Part shown: positions 10,019 to 20,963 of the stretch, one piece after another
Layout: each line of letters starts with the position of its first letter
Position numbering within the stretch: the first letter of the stretch is position 1
Assembly: GCA_963793265.1 (NCBI GenBank)
Contig: CAWBZI010000006.1
Span: 192,001-256,000, forward strand
Length of the DNA stretch: 64,000 bases
Origin: an uncultured cyanobacterium
GTDB taxonomy: Bacteria; Cyanobacteriota; Cyanobacteriia; Phormidesmidales; Phormidesmidaceae
Direction of reading: 5' to 3'
Made by a program: the position numbers and the translations under genes
Notes under the pieces: generated by a model
What the model was told of the DNA's origin: nothing
The model's database searches: none
The model's input: only the letters and a program-made list of their open reading frames with translations

Positions 10019-10759
10019 TCAACAGGCGTCTTTGCTGCCAAAGACAACCGCAATCGTTTTAAGAATGATTCTGATATCAAGCAAAAGCGACCAGTTCTCC
10101 TGATAGTCCATGTCCATGCGGACAATTTCTTCAAACTCTTTGATGCTAGAGCGACCGCTGGTTTGCCACCTGCCGGTCATACCGGGCTTTACAGCGAGTC
10201 GCTGCCAGTGGTGAGGCTTGTACAAAGCAACCTCATTTAATACGGGCGGGCGTGTGCCAACCAAACTCATTTCGCCTAAAAGCACGTTCAAAAACTGGGG
10301 CAGCTCGTCCAGACTGGTGCGTCGCAAAAACCTGCCTACCCGAGTCACTCGCGGATCGGCGACGTTCTTAAATATCAGACCGTTTGCTTCATTCTCTACA
10401 GTATGCTTTTGGGCATCGGCATCTGGCACCATAGAGCGAAACTTCCAGATGTAGAAGGGCTCGCCCTGATAGCCATAGCGTATCTGTCGGAAGAAAAGCG
10501 AACCTGGACTGTCGATTTGGATGGCGATCGCAATCGGCACAATCAAAATACTCACAATCACCAGGCCCACAACCGCGCCCAGAATATCCATAACGCGCTT
10601 TGCTTTGCTATTGACCGCCGTGCAGGGCACACCCCACTGAACTGTTTGGGCCGTACTCGCCACAGCAGCAGCCTTACTCGAACTATCAGACGGTGCAATA
10701 GTAGCTGTCGAGCCTTTGCTAGAGAATCTAGTAACCACGGCCTTACTGTTAGACTTCAT
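10019..10759 (-). CDS. Bacterial sugar transferase (priming undecaprenyl-phosphate glycosylphosphotransferase)
   Basis: KRVMDI, F.IWKFRSM, DPRVTRVGRFLRRTSLDELPQF.NVL.GEMSLVGTRP, VKPGMTG.WQ. Confidence 0.93.
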   Translation of the reverse strand: MKSNSKAVVTRFSSKGSTATIAPSDSSSKAAAVASTAQTVQWGVPCTAVNSKAKRVMDILGAVVGLVIVSILIVPIAIAIQIDSPGSLFFRQIRYGYQGEPFYIWKFRSMVPDADAQKHTVENEANGLIFKNVADPRVTRVGRFLRRTSLDELPQFLNVLLGEMSLVGTRPPVLNEVALYKPHHWQRLAVKPGMTGRWQTSGRSSIKEFEEIVRMDMDYQENWSLLLDIRIILKTIAVVFGSKDAC

Positions 10760-11007
10760 ACGAATTTATTCAGGCGCTCTAGGCTCATTACTTAGAACTA
10801 ACAACATAATAAGGACACATGATTTGTAGTCGGTAGTTTCCCGGAGGGCATTCGTCTAATCTTTGAAATGTGCTTCGTTCGTGTGAAGCTAACAAGTAAA
10901 ATTGATGGAATGTCAGGACTCTCAAATAGGCTTGTTTAAGTAATTTTCCTGATATTGTCCGCAGATTAGAACGCTTATCCCCAAAAAGGTGCTGTCCGGG
11001 AAGTTAT

Positions 11008-12249
11008 TCAAGCGTTTTGCAATAAGAAATCGTAAAGTCGGTGAGCCAGGGCCAGCTTGCTACAGCTCTCTACACGAAGCTGCCTGTTGCCGGTAGCTAA
11101 TATCACAGCTTCATTCTGTGAGCTACCGAAGCCAGCGCCAGGTTTATCGATGGGATTAGCGACAATCGCATCTAGCTGCTTACGCTCAAGCTTGGCTTGA
11201 GCAGGGCCGATAATGTCACCCGTCTGGGCGGCAAAGCCAACGATAGTTTGCCCAACGGATTTACGAGCCGTAAGCTGCGCCACGATATCGGGTACAAACG
11301 CTAGCGGCAAGTGAGAAGGGAGTTCTTTTTTAGGCAGTTTGCCAGTTGTTGTTTGAGCCGGGCGCACGTCAGCGACAGCCGCGGCCATAATTACCCAGTC
11401 TGACTGCGGTAAATGAGTGAGCATCGCAGATTCCATCTCAGCAGCAGTGGCGATCACCACCTGTTGAATCTGCCCCGATATCGTCGCCGCCAGTTCTGAT
11501 GAGAGCGGGCCGTGTACCAAAGTAACGTCGGCCCCGCGATGCTGTGCGGCAGCGGCCAAAGCCAAGCCCATTCGCCCCGTTGATGGATTGCCAATGAAGC
11601 GAACAGAGTCTATGTACTCGTGTGTGCTGCCCGCGCTGATTAATAGCCGTTTGCCGCGCAAGTCCCGGCGACCTTCGGCGTGGAGCAATGAGGTGATGTG
11701 GCTGACAATTTCGACAGGTTCGGCCATGCGACCAGTACCCACGCGATCACACGCCAGCCGCCCCGAGCCTGGCCCTACCGAATGATAGCGATCGTCAGCA
11801 GCAAGCAGGTGCCAGTTACGCTGCACCGCCCTCTGCTGCCACATATCAGTATTCATTGCCGGAGCCAGCAGCACCGGACAAACCGAAGCTAGCACTGTAT
11901 TTGTGAGCAAGTTATCCGCTAGGCCATGCGCCAGCTTACCCAAGGTATTAGCTGTCAGTGGCGAGAGCACGAACACATCTGCCCATTCGCCCAGCTCTAT
12001 ATGCAGCGGACGGCCTTGAGAGGCTGACCAAAAGTCAGCATCGGTATGAACAGGCTGACGCGAAAGCGCCGCAAACGTCACCGCCGACACAAAGCTTTGG
12101 GCCTGCTCGGTCATAATCACCCGAACACTCACCCCAGACTTAGCCAGCGTAGAAACCACCTGACAAATTTTGTAAGCCGCTATGCCGCCCGTAACACCGA
12201 TCAGAACGTTCATCGAACCGTTTATCGAATCGTTCAATGGGTCGTTCAC
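11008..12249 (-). CDS. coaBC: Bifunctional phosphopantothenoylcysteine decarboxylase/synthase
   Basis: GVTGGIAAYK, P.TANTL.KLA.G.ADNLL, APAMN.DMW, G.LAC...G.GRM.EP, ID.VRFIGNPS.G.MG, AAAVAD, VGFAA. Confidence 0.95.
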   Translation of the reverse strand: MNDPLNDSINGSMNVLIGVTGGIAAYKICQVVSTLAKSGVSVRVIMTEQAQSFVSAVTFAALSRQPVHTDADFWSASQGRPLHIELGEWADVFVLSPLTANTLGKLAHGLADNLLTNTVLASVCPVLLAPAMNTDMWQQRAVQRNWHLLAADDRYHSVGPGSGRLACDRVGTGRMAEPVEIVSHITSLLHAEGRRDLRGKRLLISAGSTHEYIDSVRFIGNPSTGRMGLALAAAAQHRGADVTLVHGPLSSELAATISGQIQQVVIATAAEMESAMLTHLPQSDWVIMAAAVADVRPAQTTTGKLPKKELPSHLPLAFVPDIVAQLTARKSVGQTIVGFAAQTGDIIGPAQAKLERKQLDAIVANPIDKPGAGFGSSQNEAVILATGNRQLRVESCSKLALAHRLYDFLLQNA

Positions 12250-12259
12250 TGGGCGTTAG

Positions 12260-12520
12260 CTACGATTCGTCAAAGGCTTCTAAGTCGAGGAGATGCATAT
12301 AGGGTTCTACCAGCTCAGAGCGCTGAAATGCGACTGCTCTTAAGCGGTGCCAGTCCTTCAAACCCTCAAAGGCACTGCTGTATTCGTCCTGCTCTAGCCG
12401 CTGGGCAAGCTGAGCAACATCTTCAGGCGTCATTTGAGCGATTTCTTGCGTAGGAATCCGCGTGGGCTCGGGCGTGATTTCAGAAACAGGCGGAGCCTGA
12501 CGGGGTTCTGCTGATTGCAT
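12260..12520 (-). CDS. DUF2555 family small cyanobacterial protein (IsiD-like)
   Basis: VAQLAQRLEQDEY...FEGL.DWH.LRA.AFQR.ELVEPY..LLDLE.FDE, in its usual position between coaBC and an esterase. Confidence 0.8.
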   Translation of the reverse strand: MQSAEPRQAPPVSEITPEPTRIPTQEIAQMTPEDVAQLAQRLEQDEYSSAFEGLKDWHRLRAVAFQRSELVEPYMHLLDLEAFDES

Positions 12521-12714
12521 AGCCGATTACCTACCTAGCAGTGACATATTTGACATAACAAATTAACTCAAGATAGCTGCTGACGCACACAACCTCTTTA
12601 TTAGCTAGTTTGCTATTGCTAAATTTTAGTGTAAAGGGCGCTGAGTGCGTCACTAACCAGTCATAAATTAAACGTTAAAGACTGATACAAATCTGAACGT
12701 TTCGTCCGGTTGTT

Positions 12715-13350
12715 TCAGAGGCGCTGGCAAAAGTCACTAGCAACGCTTAGCGCGTCTAGAGAAACCTCGTGGCCCATGTCAAATTCTTGATAGGTCACCG
12801 TTTGTCCCCGCTGTTTGAGCTGAGCCTTGGTGTCTAAGGCTTTGGCTAAAGGCACGACCGGATCTTGCCGACCATGAAGCACTAGGACAGGGCGGGGCGT
12901 CACAAAAGGAGGAATCGGCGCGTGGCTATAGCTGCTCAAAATTAGCATGGCGGCTAAAGGAAGCTGCGGCCCGATGTCTAAGGTCATTGCGCCACCTTGA
13001 GAAAAGCCGCCCATGATAGTTTTTTCGAGCGGGACGCCGGTTTTCTCAGGCAGCGATTCCATCCAGTTTTTGAGCAGCTTGCGGCTTTCTATCAGGTCGG
13101 CTTGCTGGGTAAAATCGTGCGGGCGTCGGAAGTCGTAGTTAGGCGGAAAGCCATACCACTGCTTACCGCCTGGAGCCATGGGGTGATCGAACGGCGCATC
13201 CGGGATCATGCCTTTAAAAGGAATGGCGACCATATTGATCGCTTCGATTAGGCCAGCGACATTTTGCGCGTTTGCGCCCCAGCCGTGGAGCAATACGATG
13301 AGCTGGTCTGAGTCTGATTTTGGCGAAAGAGAGATCGCTTGAAGGGACAA
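12715..13350 (-). CDS. Phospholipase/carboxylesterase family alpha/beta hydrolase
   Basis: LHGWGAN, GGFSQGGAM, HGRQDPVVP, MGHEV. Confidence 0.9.
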   Translation of the reverse strand: MSLQAISLSPKSDSDQLIVLLHGWGANAQNVAGLIEAINMVAIPFKGMIPDAPFDHPMAPGGKQWYGFPPNYDFRRPHDFTQQADLIESRKLLKNWMESLPEKTGVPLEKTIMGGFSQGGAMTLDIGPQLPLAAMLILSSYSHAPIPPFVTPRPVLVLHGRQDPVVPLAKALDTKAQLKQRGQTVTYQEFDMGHEVSLDALSVASDFCQRL

Positions 13351-13433
13351 AAAGCACCTGCCTTAATTTGAATTAGAGATCAACTTCATCATCATATATA
13401 GTTGTAAATCTGACCTTTTGAGTGGCTCTTTTC

Positions 13434-15002
13434 ATGTCTCGCCTTGCCCTGTTGAGCGTTTCTAATAAAGCTGGTTTGGTTGAACTAGCGCGATCGCTCC
13501 ACCAAGACCTGAATTTTGAACTCGTCAGCTCAGGCGGCACAGCCAAGGCCATCAGCGAAGCGGGCATTCCGGTTACCAAAGTTTCAGACTACACAGGCTC
13601 ACCCGAAATTTTAGGCGGCAGGGTAAAAACGCTACACCCCAAAGTTCACGGCGGTATTCTAGCCCGGCCTGACCAAGCTGCCGATCAAAAAGACCTAGCC
13701 AATAACGGCATTCGCCCGTTCGATTTAGTCGTTGTAAATCTGTACCCCTTTGAGCAAACAATCGCAAAGCCGGGCGTGAGCTTAGCCGATGCGATTGAAA
13801 ATATCGACATTGGTGGGCCAACGATGATCCGCTCAGCAGCTAAGAACCATAAGTACGTAACGGTGCTGTGTGACCCCAATCAGTATGACGATTACCTTGT
13901 AGTCGCCAAAGCGAATCAGGGCGTACCGCCAATGTCATTTAGAGCCTCTTGCGCGCAGCAGGCGTTTTGGCATACGGCGAACTATGACTGTGCGATCGCC
14001 CAATACCTCACCCAAACCCAAACGCTGGCAAACCAGCCTGACGAAGCCGCCGCCCTCCCTGCCCATTACGCGCTCAGCGGGCAGCTCAAGCAAACCCTGC
14101 GCTACGGCGAAAATCCGCATCAGGCCGCAGGCTGGTACCAAAGCGGCGCAGTGACAAACGGCTGGGCCGCAGCCGAACAGCTTCAGGGCAAAGCGCTTAG
14201 CTATAACAACCTCGTTGACTTAGAAGCCGCTCGCCGCATCATTGCCGAATTTCCTAGCGACGACAGGCCCGCCGCCGCCGTGCTCAAACACACCAATCCC
14301 TGTGGCGTCTCAATCGGTGACTCGCTCGCGGTGGCCTATCAGCAGGCTTTTGATGCCGATAATATTTCAGCGTTTGGCGGCATTGTGGCTCTCAATCGGC
14401 CTATTGACGAAGCGACGGCTCAAGCATTGACCGGCACATTTTTGGAATGCGTCGTGGCTCCCGGATGCGATGAGGCGGCAAAAGCAGTGCTGAGTAAAAA
14501 GAAGAATTTGCGGATTTTAGTGCTGTCGGACTTGATGAGTGGGCCGAAGCAAACGGTGCGGGCGATCGCAGGTGGATTTCTTAGCCAGGCTTCAGACGAT
14601 CTCCGCGAAGACCCAAGCCAGTGGACGATTCCAACCAAGCTCAAGCCGAGTGAAGCAGAGCTGACCGAAATGCTGTTCGCCTGGCGAGTGGTTAAACATG
14701 TAAAGTCGAACGCAATTTTAGTCGTGCGTGATAATACGACGCTTGGGGTCGGGGCTGGGCAGATGAACCGGGTTGGGTCAGTGAAAATTGCACTAGAGCA
14801 GGCGGGCGATCGCACCCAGGGCGCAACGCTAGCCAGCGACGGCTTCTTTCCCTTCGACGATTCAGTCAAAACCGCCGCCGCCGCAGGTATCAAGGCCATC
14901 GTTCAGCCCGGCGGCAGCATTCGAGACGAGGATTCCATCAAAGCCGCAGACGAGCTAGGCATCATGATGGCCTTTACCGGAACCCGCCACTTCCTACACT
15001 AA
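13434..15002 (+). CDS. purH: Bifunctional AICAR transformylase/IMP cyclohydrolase
   Basis: ALLSVSNK.G, GGRVKTLHP, NLYPF, IDIGGP, LRYGENPHQ, KHTNPCG, GAGQMNRV, ASDGFFPF, TGTRHFLH. Confidence 0.97.
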   Translation: MSRLALLSVSNKAGLVELARSLHQDLNFELVSSGGTAKAISEAGIPVTKVSDYTGSPEILGGRVKTLHPKVHGGILARPDQAADQKDLANNGIRPFDLVVVNLYPFEQTIAKPGVSLADAIENIDIGGPTMIRSAAKNHKYVTVLCDPNQYDDYLVVAKANQGVPPMSFRASCAQQAFWHTANYDCAIAQYLTQTQTLANQPDEAAALPAHYALSGQLKQTLRYGENPHQAAGWYQSGAVTNGWAAAEQLQGKALSYNNLVDLEAARRIIAEFPSDDRPAAAVLKHTNPCGVSIGDSLAVAYQQAFDADNISAFGGIVALNRPIDEATAQALTGTFLECVVAPGCDEAAKAVLSKKKNLRILVLSDLMSGPKQTVRAIAGGFLSQASDDLREDPSQWTIPTKLKPSEAELTEMLFAWRVVKHVKSNAILVVRDNTTLGVGAGQMNRVGSVKIALEQAGDRTQGATLASDGFFPFDDSVKTAAAAGIKAIVQPGGSIRDEDSIKAADELGIMMAFTGTRHFLH

Positions 15003-15026
15003 TTTCGGCTCACACTAATTTCGACC

Positions 15027-15725
15027 TTAATTGCGCGTCAGCCACTTCTGCCCGTTCAACCGCTGTAGCGTATACAGCACCATCAAACCCAGCGTAATCC
15101 GACGCTCGTCGCCCATAAACTGCTCAATAGTACTGGGCGTTGCGCCGTTCTCCGTTAGCGTAAAGACCTTTTGGCCTTTGATATCTTCTTCAATAAAGAC
15201 AACATTAAACTGACGTAGCCCCTCACCGGGTTCGTCCCACTTGCCCTGCACCTGCCAGTAGTCCTCAACATCGGTCATACCCATCACCTCAATCTTGCGC
15301 TTGGCAAACTCAAGGTTCAGATCATCAATGCCTTCTCCGGCCATCGCTTCTTTGAGACTGGGCAGATAGTGCTGCTCCATAAATTCGTTAAAGGGCTTGT
15401 CTTCTAACTTTGGCGGCTTTTCCTTTTTCTTCGCCGCAGGTTTTTTCTCGGCAGGCTTCTTTTCGGCCTTATCTTCTGAAGGCTTCGCCGCTGGTTTCTT
15501 CGCCTTATCAACGCCCGCTGTTTTACCGGCCGGTACATTGCCCGTTTTAGCCTTACTTTCAGCGCCTTCTTCTACCTTGGCAACCGGCTCGCCTGTCTTT
15601 TTATCTTCAGACTTCTCCAGCCCTTTAGCATCAGCATCCGGCTTCGCGGTTTCTGCCACCGTGTCTTCAGGCTTCGCGCCCTCGACGATATCTCTTTCGT
15701 TCTCGTCCGACTTGTTTTGTGCCAT
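15027..15725 (-). CDS. ndhV: DUF2996 protein / NDH-1 associated subunit NdhV
   Basis: A Lys/Ala/Glu-rich N-terminus, then EDKPF.EF..QH.LP.L and C-terminal PSTIE.FM.DER.ITL.L.V..TLQRLNGQKWL..N. Confidence 0.8.
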   Translation of the reverse strand: MAQNKSDENERDIVEGAKPEDTVAETAKPDADAKGLEKSEDKKTGEPVAKVEEGAESKAKTGNVPAGKTAGVDKAKKPAAKPSEDKAEKKPAEKKPAAKKKEKPPKLEDKPFNEFMEQHYLPSLKEAMAGEGIDDLNLEFAKRKIEVMGMTDVEDYWQVQGKWDEPGEGLRQFNVVFIEEDIKGQKVFTLTENGATPSTIEQFMGDERRITLGLMVLYTLQRLNGQKWLTRN

Positions 15726-15924
15726 TTAGCTAAGTGCCCTCTATATGCCCTTCAGTTTGCCTTAAAAAGGCGAAAGCGCAGTGCAGACGGCGATTTTAGC
15801 ATCGCGGCCCAACTGCGCCCCAATTATAGAAGTTTTAAGGTTGATTTTTTGTCTTCTATAGACTTAATTTCGCTTAGCCATCGTATAGAAGCGCCTCTAT
15901 CCAAGGGCTAATAGCAAAAGATCC

Positions 15925-16878
<954 letters not shown>

Positions 16879-16992
16879 TCACCTTTTCGTGCACTTAACA
16901 TAAGCATTCATCAATAGCGCTGAACCCATAAACCGCGACCTAAAGCCTCCACTAGGCTCTCATCTTTGTACGACAAGAGCCCTATCAACGAG

Positions 16993-18066
16993 CTAAGCCA
17001 TAGAACCAATCATCTGACGGCGAATTGTCGCTATATCTAAGCCGCCTTCAGCCACACCAATCGGCTTTTGACCAATCGCTTCCAAATCAGAATCTACCAT
17101 CAGCTTCACCAGGCTCTCAAAGTCCACTTCAGGCTCCCAGCCCAGCTCCTTTTTGGCCTTAGCCGGATCGCCAATCAGCAAATCGACTTCTGCCGGACGC
17201 AAATAGCGCTCATCAAAGGCAACGTAGTCGTGCCAATCTAAGCCCACGTAGTTAAAAGCAGTCGTCAAAAAGTCTTTAATCGAGTAGGTTTTACCCGTTG
17301 CAATTACATAGTCGCCAGGCTTGTCTTGCTGGAGCATTAGCCACATCGCCTTCACGTAGTCTTTGGCATAGCCCCAGTCGCGCTGAGAGTCGAGGTTGCC
17401 AAGATAGAGCTTCTTTTGATCGCCAGCAACGATGCGAGCGAGAGCCCGAGTGATTTTGCGCGTAACAAAGGTTTCGCCTCGGCGCGGAGACTCGTGGTTG
17501 AACAAGATGCCGTTGGTGGCAAACATGTCATAAGACTCGCGGTAGTTGATGGTTTGCCAGTGAGCATATACTTTGGCGCAAGAGTAAGGAGAGCGGGGAT
17601 AGAATGGCGTTTCTTCAGACTGCGGCACGTGCTGAACTTTGCCAAACATCTCAGAAGAGCCCGCCTGATAAAAGCGCACTTCGTTACCCGTGCGTTTTTG
17701 ATAGTCGCGAATGGCCTCCAATAGTCGCAATGCGCCCATCGCCACAGTATCTACGGTGTACTCAGGAGAGTCGAAGCTGACGCGAACGTGGGACTGAGCG
17801 CCCAGGTTGTACACTTCATGGGGCTCTACCTGCTCTAGAATGCGGCGCAGCATGGTGCCATCATTGAGATCGCCGTAGTGCAAAAAAAGCTTGGCATCGG
17901 GTGCGTGAGGATCGACATAGATATGATCGATCCGGTCGGTATTAAACGTAGAGGTGCGACGGATGATGCCGTGTACTTCGTAGCCTTTCTCTAGCAGTAG
18001 CTCCGCTAAATACGACCCGTCTTGTCCTGTAATACCGGTAATCAGTGCACGCTTCGATTGCGTCAT
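16993..18066 (-). CDS. gmd: GDP-mannose 4,6-dehydratase
   Basis: [71 protein letters not shown]. Confidence 0.97.
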   Translation of the reverse strand: MTQSKRALITGITGQDGSYLAELLLEKGYEVHGIIRRTSTFNTDRIDHIYVDPHAPDAKLFLHYGDLNDGTMLRRILEQVEPHEVYNLGAQSHVRVSFDSPEYTVDTVAMGALRLLEAIRDYQKRTGNEVRFYQAGSSEMFGKVQHVPQSEETPFYPRSPYSCAKVYAHWQTINYRESYDMFATNGILFNHESPRRGETFVTRKITRALARIVAGDQKKLYLGNLDSQRDWGYAKDYVKAMWLMLQQDKPGDYVIATGKTYSIKDFLTTAFNYVGLDWHDYVAFDERYLRPAEVDLLIGDPAKAKKELGWEPEVDFESLVKLMVDSDLEAIGQKPIGVAEGGLDIATIRRQMIGSMA

Positions 18067-18458
18067 TACGTTAAATTCCTCTGCTAATAATATGTAGATG
18101 TAGCTCTAGGCGAAGGGCTCATCATTACTTTTAGGCGATCGCACACAAGGTCATCGCATGTTGGCGTATGGCTCGCAAATGAAGCGATCGCACACGTTGC
18201 CTACAGAATTCCCAAAAATGCCGACGAATCAAAAAAAGTTGATAGCACTCTGGCAGCTCACCATTTAAGTCGCCATAAAAGCGAACAGGGCCAGATTGCA
18301 ATCAGCTCTCAAACAAGTTCTGCTGTGATCTCGCACCTTATCTAAACACTACACAAAGGAGACAAAACGATCCGGCCAAACGCATCAAGAATGCGTGATG
18401 TATTTTAAAGAAGCGGTAGAATTTCCTTCATAAAGACCTCAGTTCGTCCTATTACTTT

Positions 18459-18770
18459 CTATGCTCTGCGATCGCGCTCAATATCATAAATTGCTTTCTC
18501 CCAGCACCACTGCTCAGGGCGACCAGGATTGCGAGCCTGCAAATCACTCACTAGCCGCTGTGCCACTGCCGCATTACCCCCGACCAGTCTTAAAAGCTGC
18601 TTGCGCGTATCTCTGGACACCCCGCGCGCGCGCGCTGGGCCTGAAGCACCTCGAATACTACCGCTCCGACCGCTTGCTTTAGGGAGTTGAATCGGCAATC
18701 GGTAGCCTGTGAGCCAGCTAGTAAGGGCCAGCAATAGGGCGATCGCAATCAGGATAGAGAAAAGAGACAT
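18459..18770 (-). CDS. Small membrane-anchored conserved cyanobacterial protein
   Basis: N-terminal transmembrane segment and C-terminal LL.LV.G....A.RL......PG..E.W..EKAI.D.ERDRR. Confidence 0.7.
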   Translation of the reverse strand: MSLFSILIAIALLLALTSWLTGYRLPIQLPKASGRSGSIRGASGPARARGVSRDTRKQLLRLVGGNAAVAQRLVSDLQARNPGRPEQWCWEKAIYDIERDRRA

Positions 18771-18909
18771 AGCAGTAGTCTAGAGCAGCAAAAAGGCCAA
18801 AGGAAAAGCCGAAAGAAAGCCAGGGAAGACCACTAGACAGGGCTTTAGCGCAAAGGATGGATTCAACCTACCCCATTTCTCTCAAAATACGACGTTAGGA
18901 GCCACATCT

Positions 18910-19560
18910 GTGACCTATTCATCTCACGATCCATTTTCTACTACCCGAACCCAGGATGTCCTTAACTTTTGGTTCGGCAAACCGAACGAACCCAGATACG
19001 GTCACTATCGAAAAGTATGGTTCGTCAAAGACGCTGCCTTTGACCAGCAGATTAGAGAGCGTTTCTTGACTGACGTAGAAAAGGCGGCGAGTGGTCAATA
19101 CGATAGTTGGCAGGTTGAAGCGCCTGAAGTTGAAGGACGTAAAGTCGAGGGATTTGGTTCAATCGCTCTTTTACTCCTCCTCGATCAGTTTCCTCGCAAC
19201 CTATACCGGGGTAGCGCCCAAAGCTTTGCCACCGACCATAAAGCACTTAAAATCGCACAGCATCTTGTTAGCACAGGCGCAGACCATTCCCTGCCACCCG
19301 CTCACCGTTTCTTTGGGTACATTCCTTTCGAGCACAGCGAGCGGCTGAGCGATCAGAACCAGTGCGTCGAGCTGATGGGGCAACTCATTAAAGAATTTCC
19401 TGACCTCGATAACGGGCTTAAAGGCGGCTTAGACTACGCCATCCGGCACAGAGATGCGATTGAGCAGTTTGGCCGCTTTCCGCATCGCAACGAGATATTA
19501 GGTAGGCAGTCTACACCTGAAGAAATTGAGTTTCTAAAGCAGCCAGGGTCGCGGTTTTGA
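18910..19560 (+). CDS. DUF924 family protein
   Basis: VL.FWFG, WF.KD..FD..IR.RF, LLDQFPRN.YRG, F.Y.PFEHSE, H...I..FGRFPHRN.ILGR.ST.EE. Confidence 0.92.
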   Translation: MTYSSHDPFSTTRTQDVLNFWFGKPNEPRYGHYRKVWFVKDAAFDQQIRERFLTDVEKAASGQYDSWQVEAPEVEGRKVEGFGSIALLLLLDQFPRNLYRGSAQSFATDHKALKIAQHLVSTGADHSLPPAHRFFGYIPFEHSERLSDQNQCVELMGQLIKEFPDLDNGLKGGLDYAIRHRDAIEQFGRFPHRNEILGRQSTPEEIEFLKQPGSRF

Positions 19561-19587
19561 GACTACTGGCGGTCAATCACACACCGA

Positions 19588-20148
19588 CTACTGGCGGTCA
19601 ATAACATACTGCAACCAAAGCGATATGCAGAGCCCAATAAAGTGAGCAAACATTGTGTTCACCACCGAAAACACCACCGCAATATCAGCGGCATTAATAA
19701 AAGCAGCCGTATCTTGAGAAATGCCGCCAAAAGTAGCGACCTGACGCAACGCACGTAGCCACAGCAAAGCCACAACTGCCTGAGCCGCCATAATCGTTAA
19801 AAACATGCCAATCAGGCTAATCAGCGTACCAATGCGTACTGCCTGAGCGGCATCCTTAGGCTTTGGTCGTAAATCTGGGTTGAGCGTCTTCAGCTTGCGA
19901 CCTAGCCGAACATAGCGAAAGCCCCAGAAGGCGCTTACAAATACCATCAAAACGCCCATCACCTGAAAAATATCAAAGCCAGCATTAGACAGGCTTTTGT
20001 CAGGCTCTAGCGCGTTGACTATAAACAAAAGGCTCGAAATTACCCCAATTACAACTTGCGACCACAGGCTAATCCAGCCCAATAGCCGAAAGTTGGTCGC
20101 TATCCGGCGAATAGCCGGAGGTAGGGAGTAGCCGAGTTCACCAGTCAT
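19588..20148 (-). CDS. DUF3611 family membrane protein (Tic21/PIC1-like)
   Basis: R..GWI..W.Q, F.Y.RL...L...P..RP, L.GM..T...AQA, D...V....NT..AHF.GL..SLWL. Confidence 0.85.
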   Translation of the reverse strand: MTGELGYSLPPAIRRIATNFRLLGWISLWSQVVIGVISSLLFIVNALEPDKSLSNAGFDIFQVMGVLMVFVSAFWGFRYVRLGRKLKTLNPDLRPKPKDAAQAVRIGTLISLIGMFLTIMAAQAVVALLWLRALRQVATFGGISQDTAAFINAADIAVVFSVVNTMFAHFIGLCISLWLQYVIDRQ

Positions 20149-20963
20149 GAGCGGATCTGCTTTGCTAGCAAGCGCGTAGGGGAGATAAGCCCTATGTTAG
20201 TACGTGGCGCTCCCACTCGGTAAAAATACGTCGATCACCTTGCGCTTAGAACATAAACTTTTCAGAAATTCCATCGACCTAAAGCCATAGCTAATTGACT
20301 CTAAAAGAAGAGATTTGCCGGAAAAGCAGCTTTACAACAGAAATTTACAACAGAATAGAAAATTCTCTTTGCAAGCAATAACAACAACCGTAACGAGTTC
20401 TCCAAAGCAGGCAATTAGCCGTGTATTTGCTGAAAACAAGGTGAGTATAAAGCAAATAAAAGAGAACTCACCGAACAAATACGCAAGGTAGTTTTATGAT
20501 GTGAAGGGCATCACTAAAACTTCATTAAATCACGGGCGCATCTCGCGATCGCTTCACACTATAATGCGGGCGCATGGAACGCATCTACCATAATTGATAA
20601 AGGGATCAGGAAACGAGCGCACCGACTGCGCCTTTTCGCATTTAGCTATCACTAGCCGCCAATACGAAATACCGCGTAGCGATCGCATCAATCGCATCTA
20701 ATCGCCGTGCGAAAAGTATTGACACAATACCGTTGTTAGTGTCTGTCTGAATCGTTGTACAGCTATCGAGCGGCGGCACACAAGCATCTGCTCCGCACCT
20801 GAGCTATTTTCAGAACCTTTACAGTTATTGGTAGCAACCATAAGATTTTTATTGGGCTGAGGTGCCATCAGCCGTTTAGGCTTGAGTAGTCAGCGCAAGA
20901 TCTCTAGGTTGCTACCTGCTAAATATTTACTAAGTCGTTTCACTCAAGGCTTCTCCTTAAATT

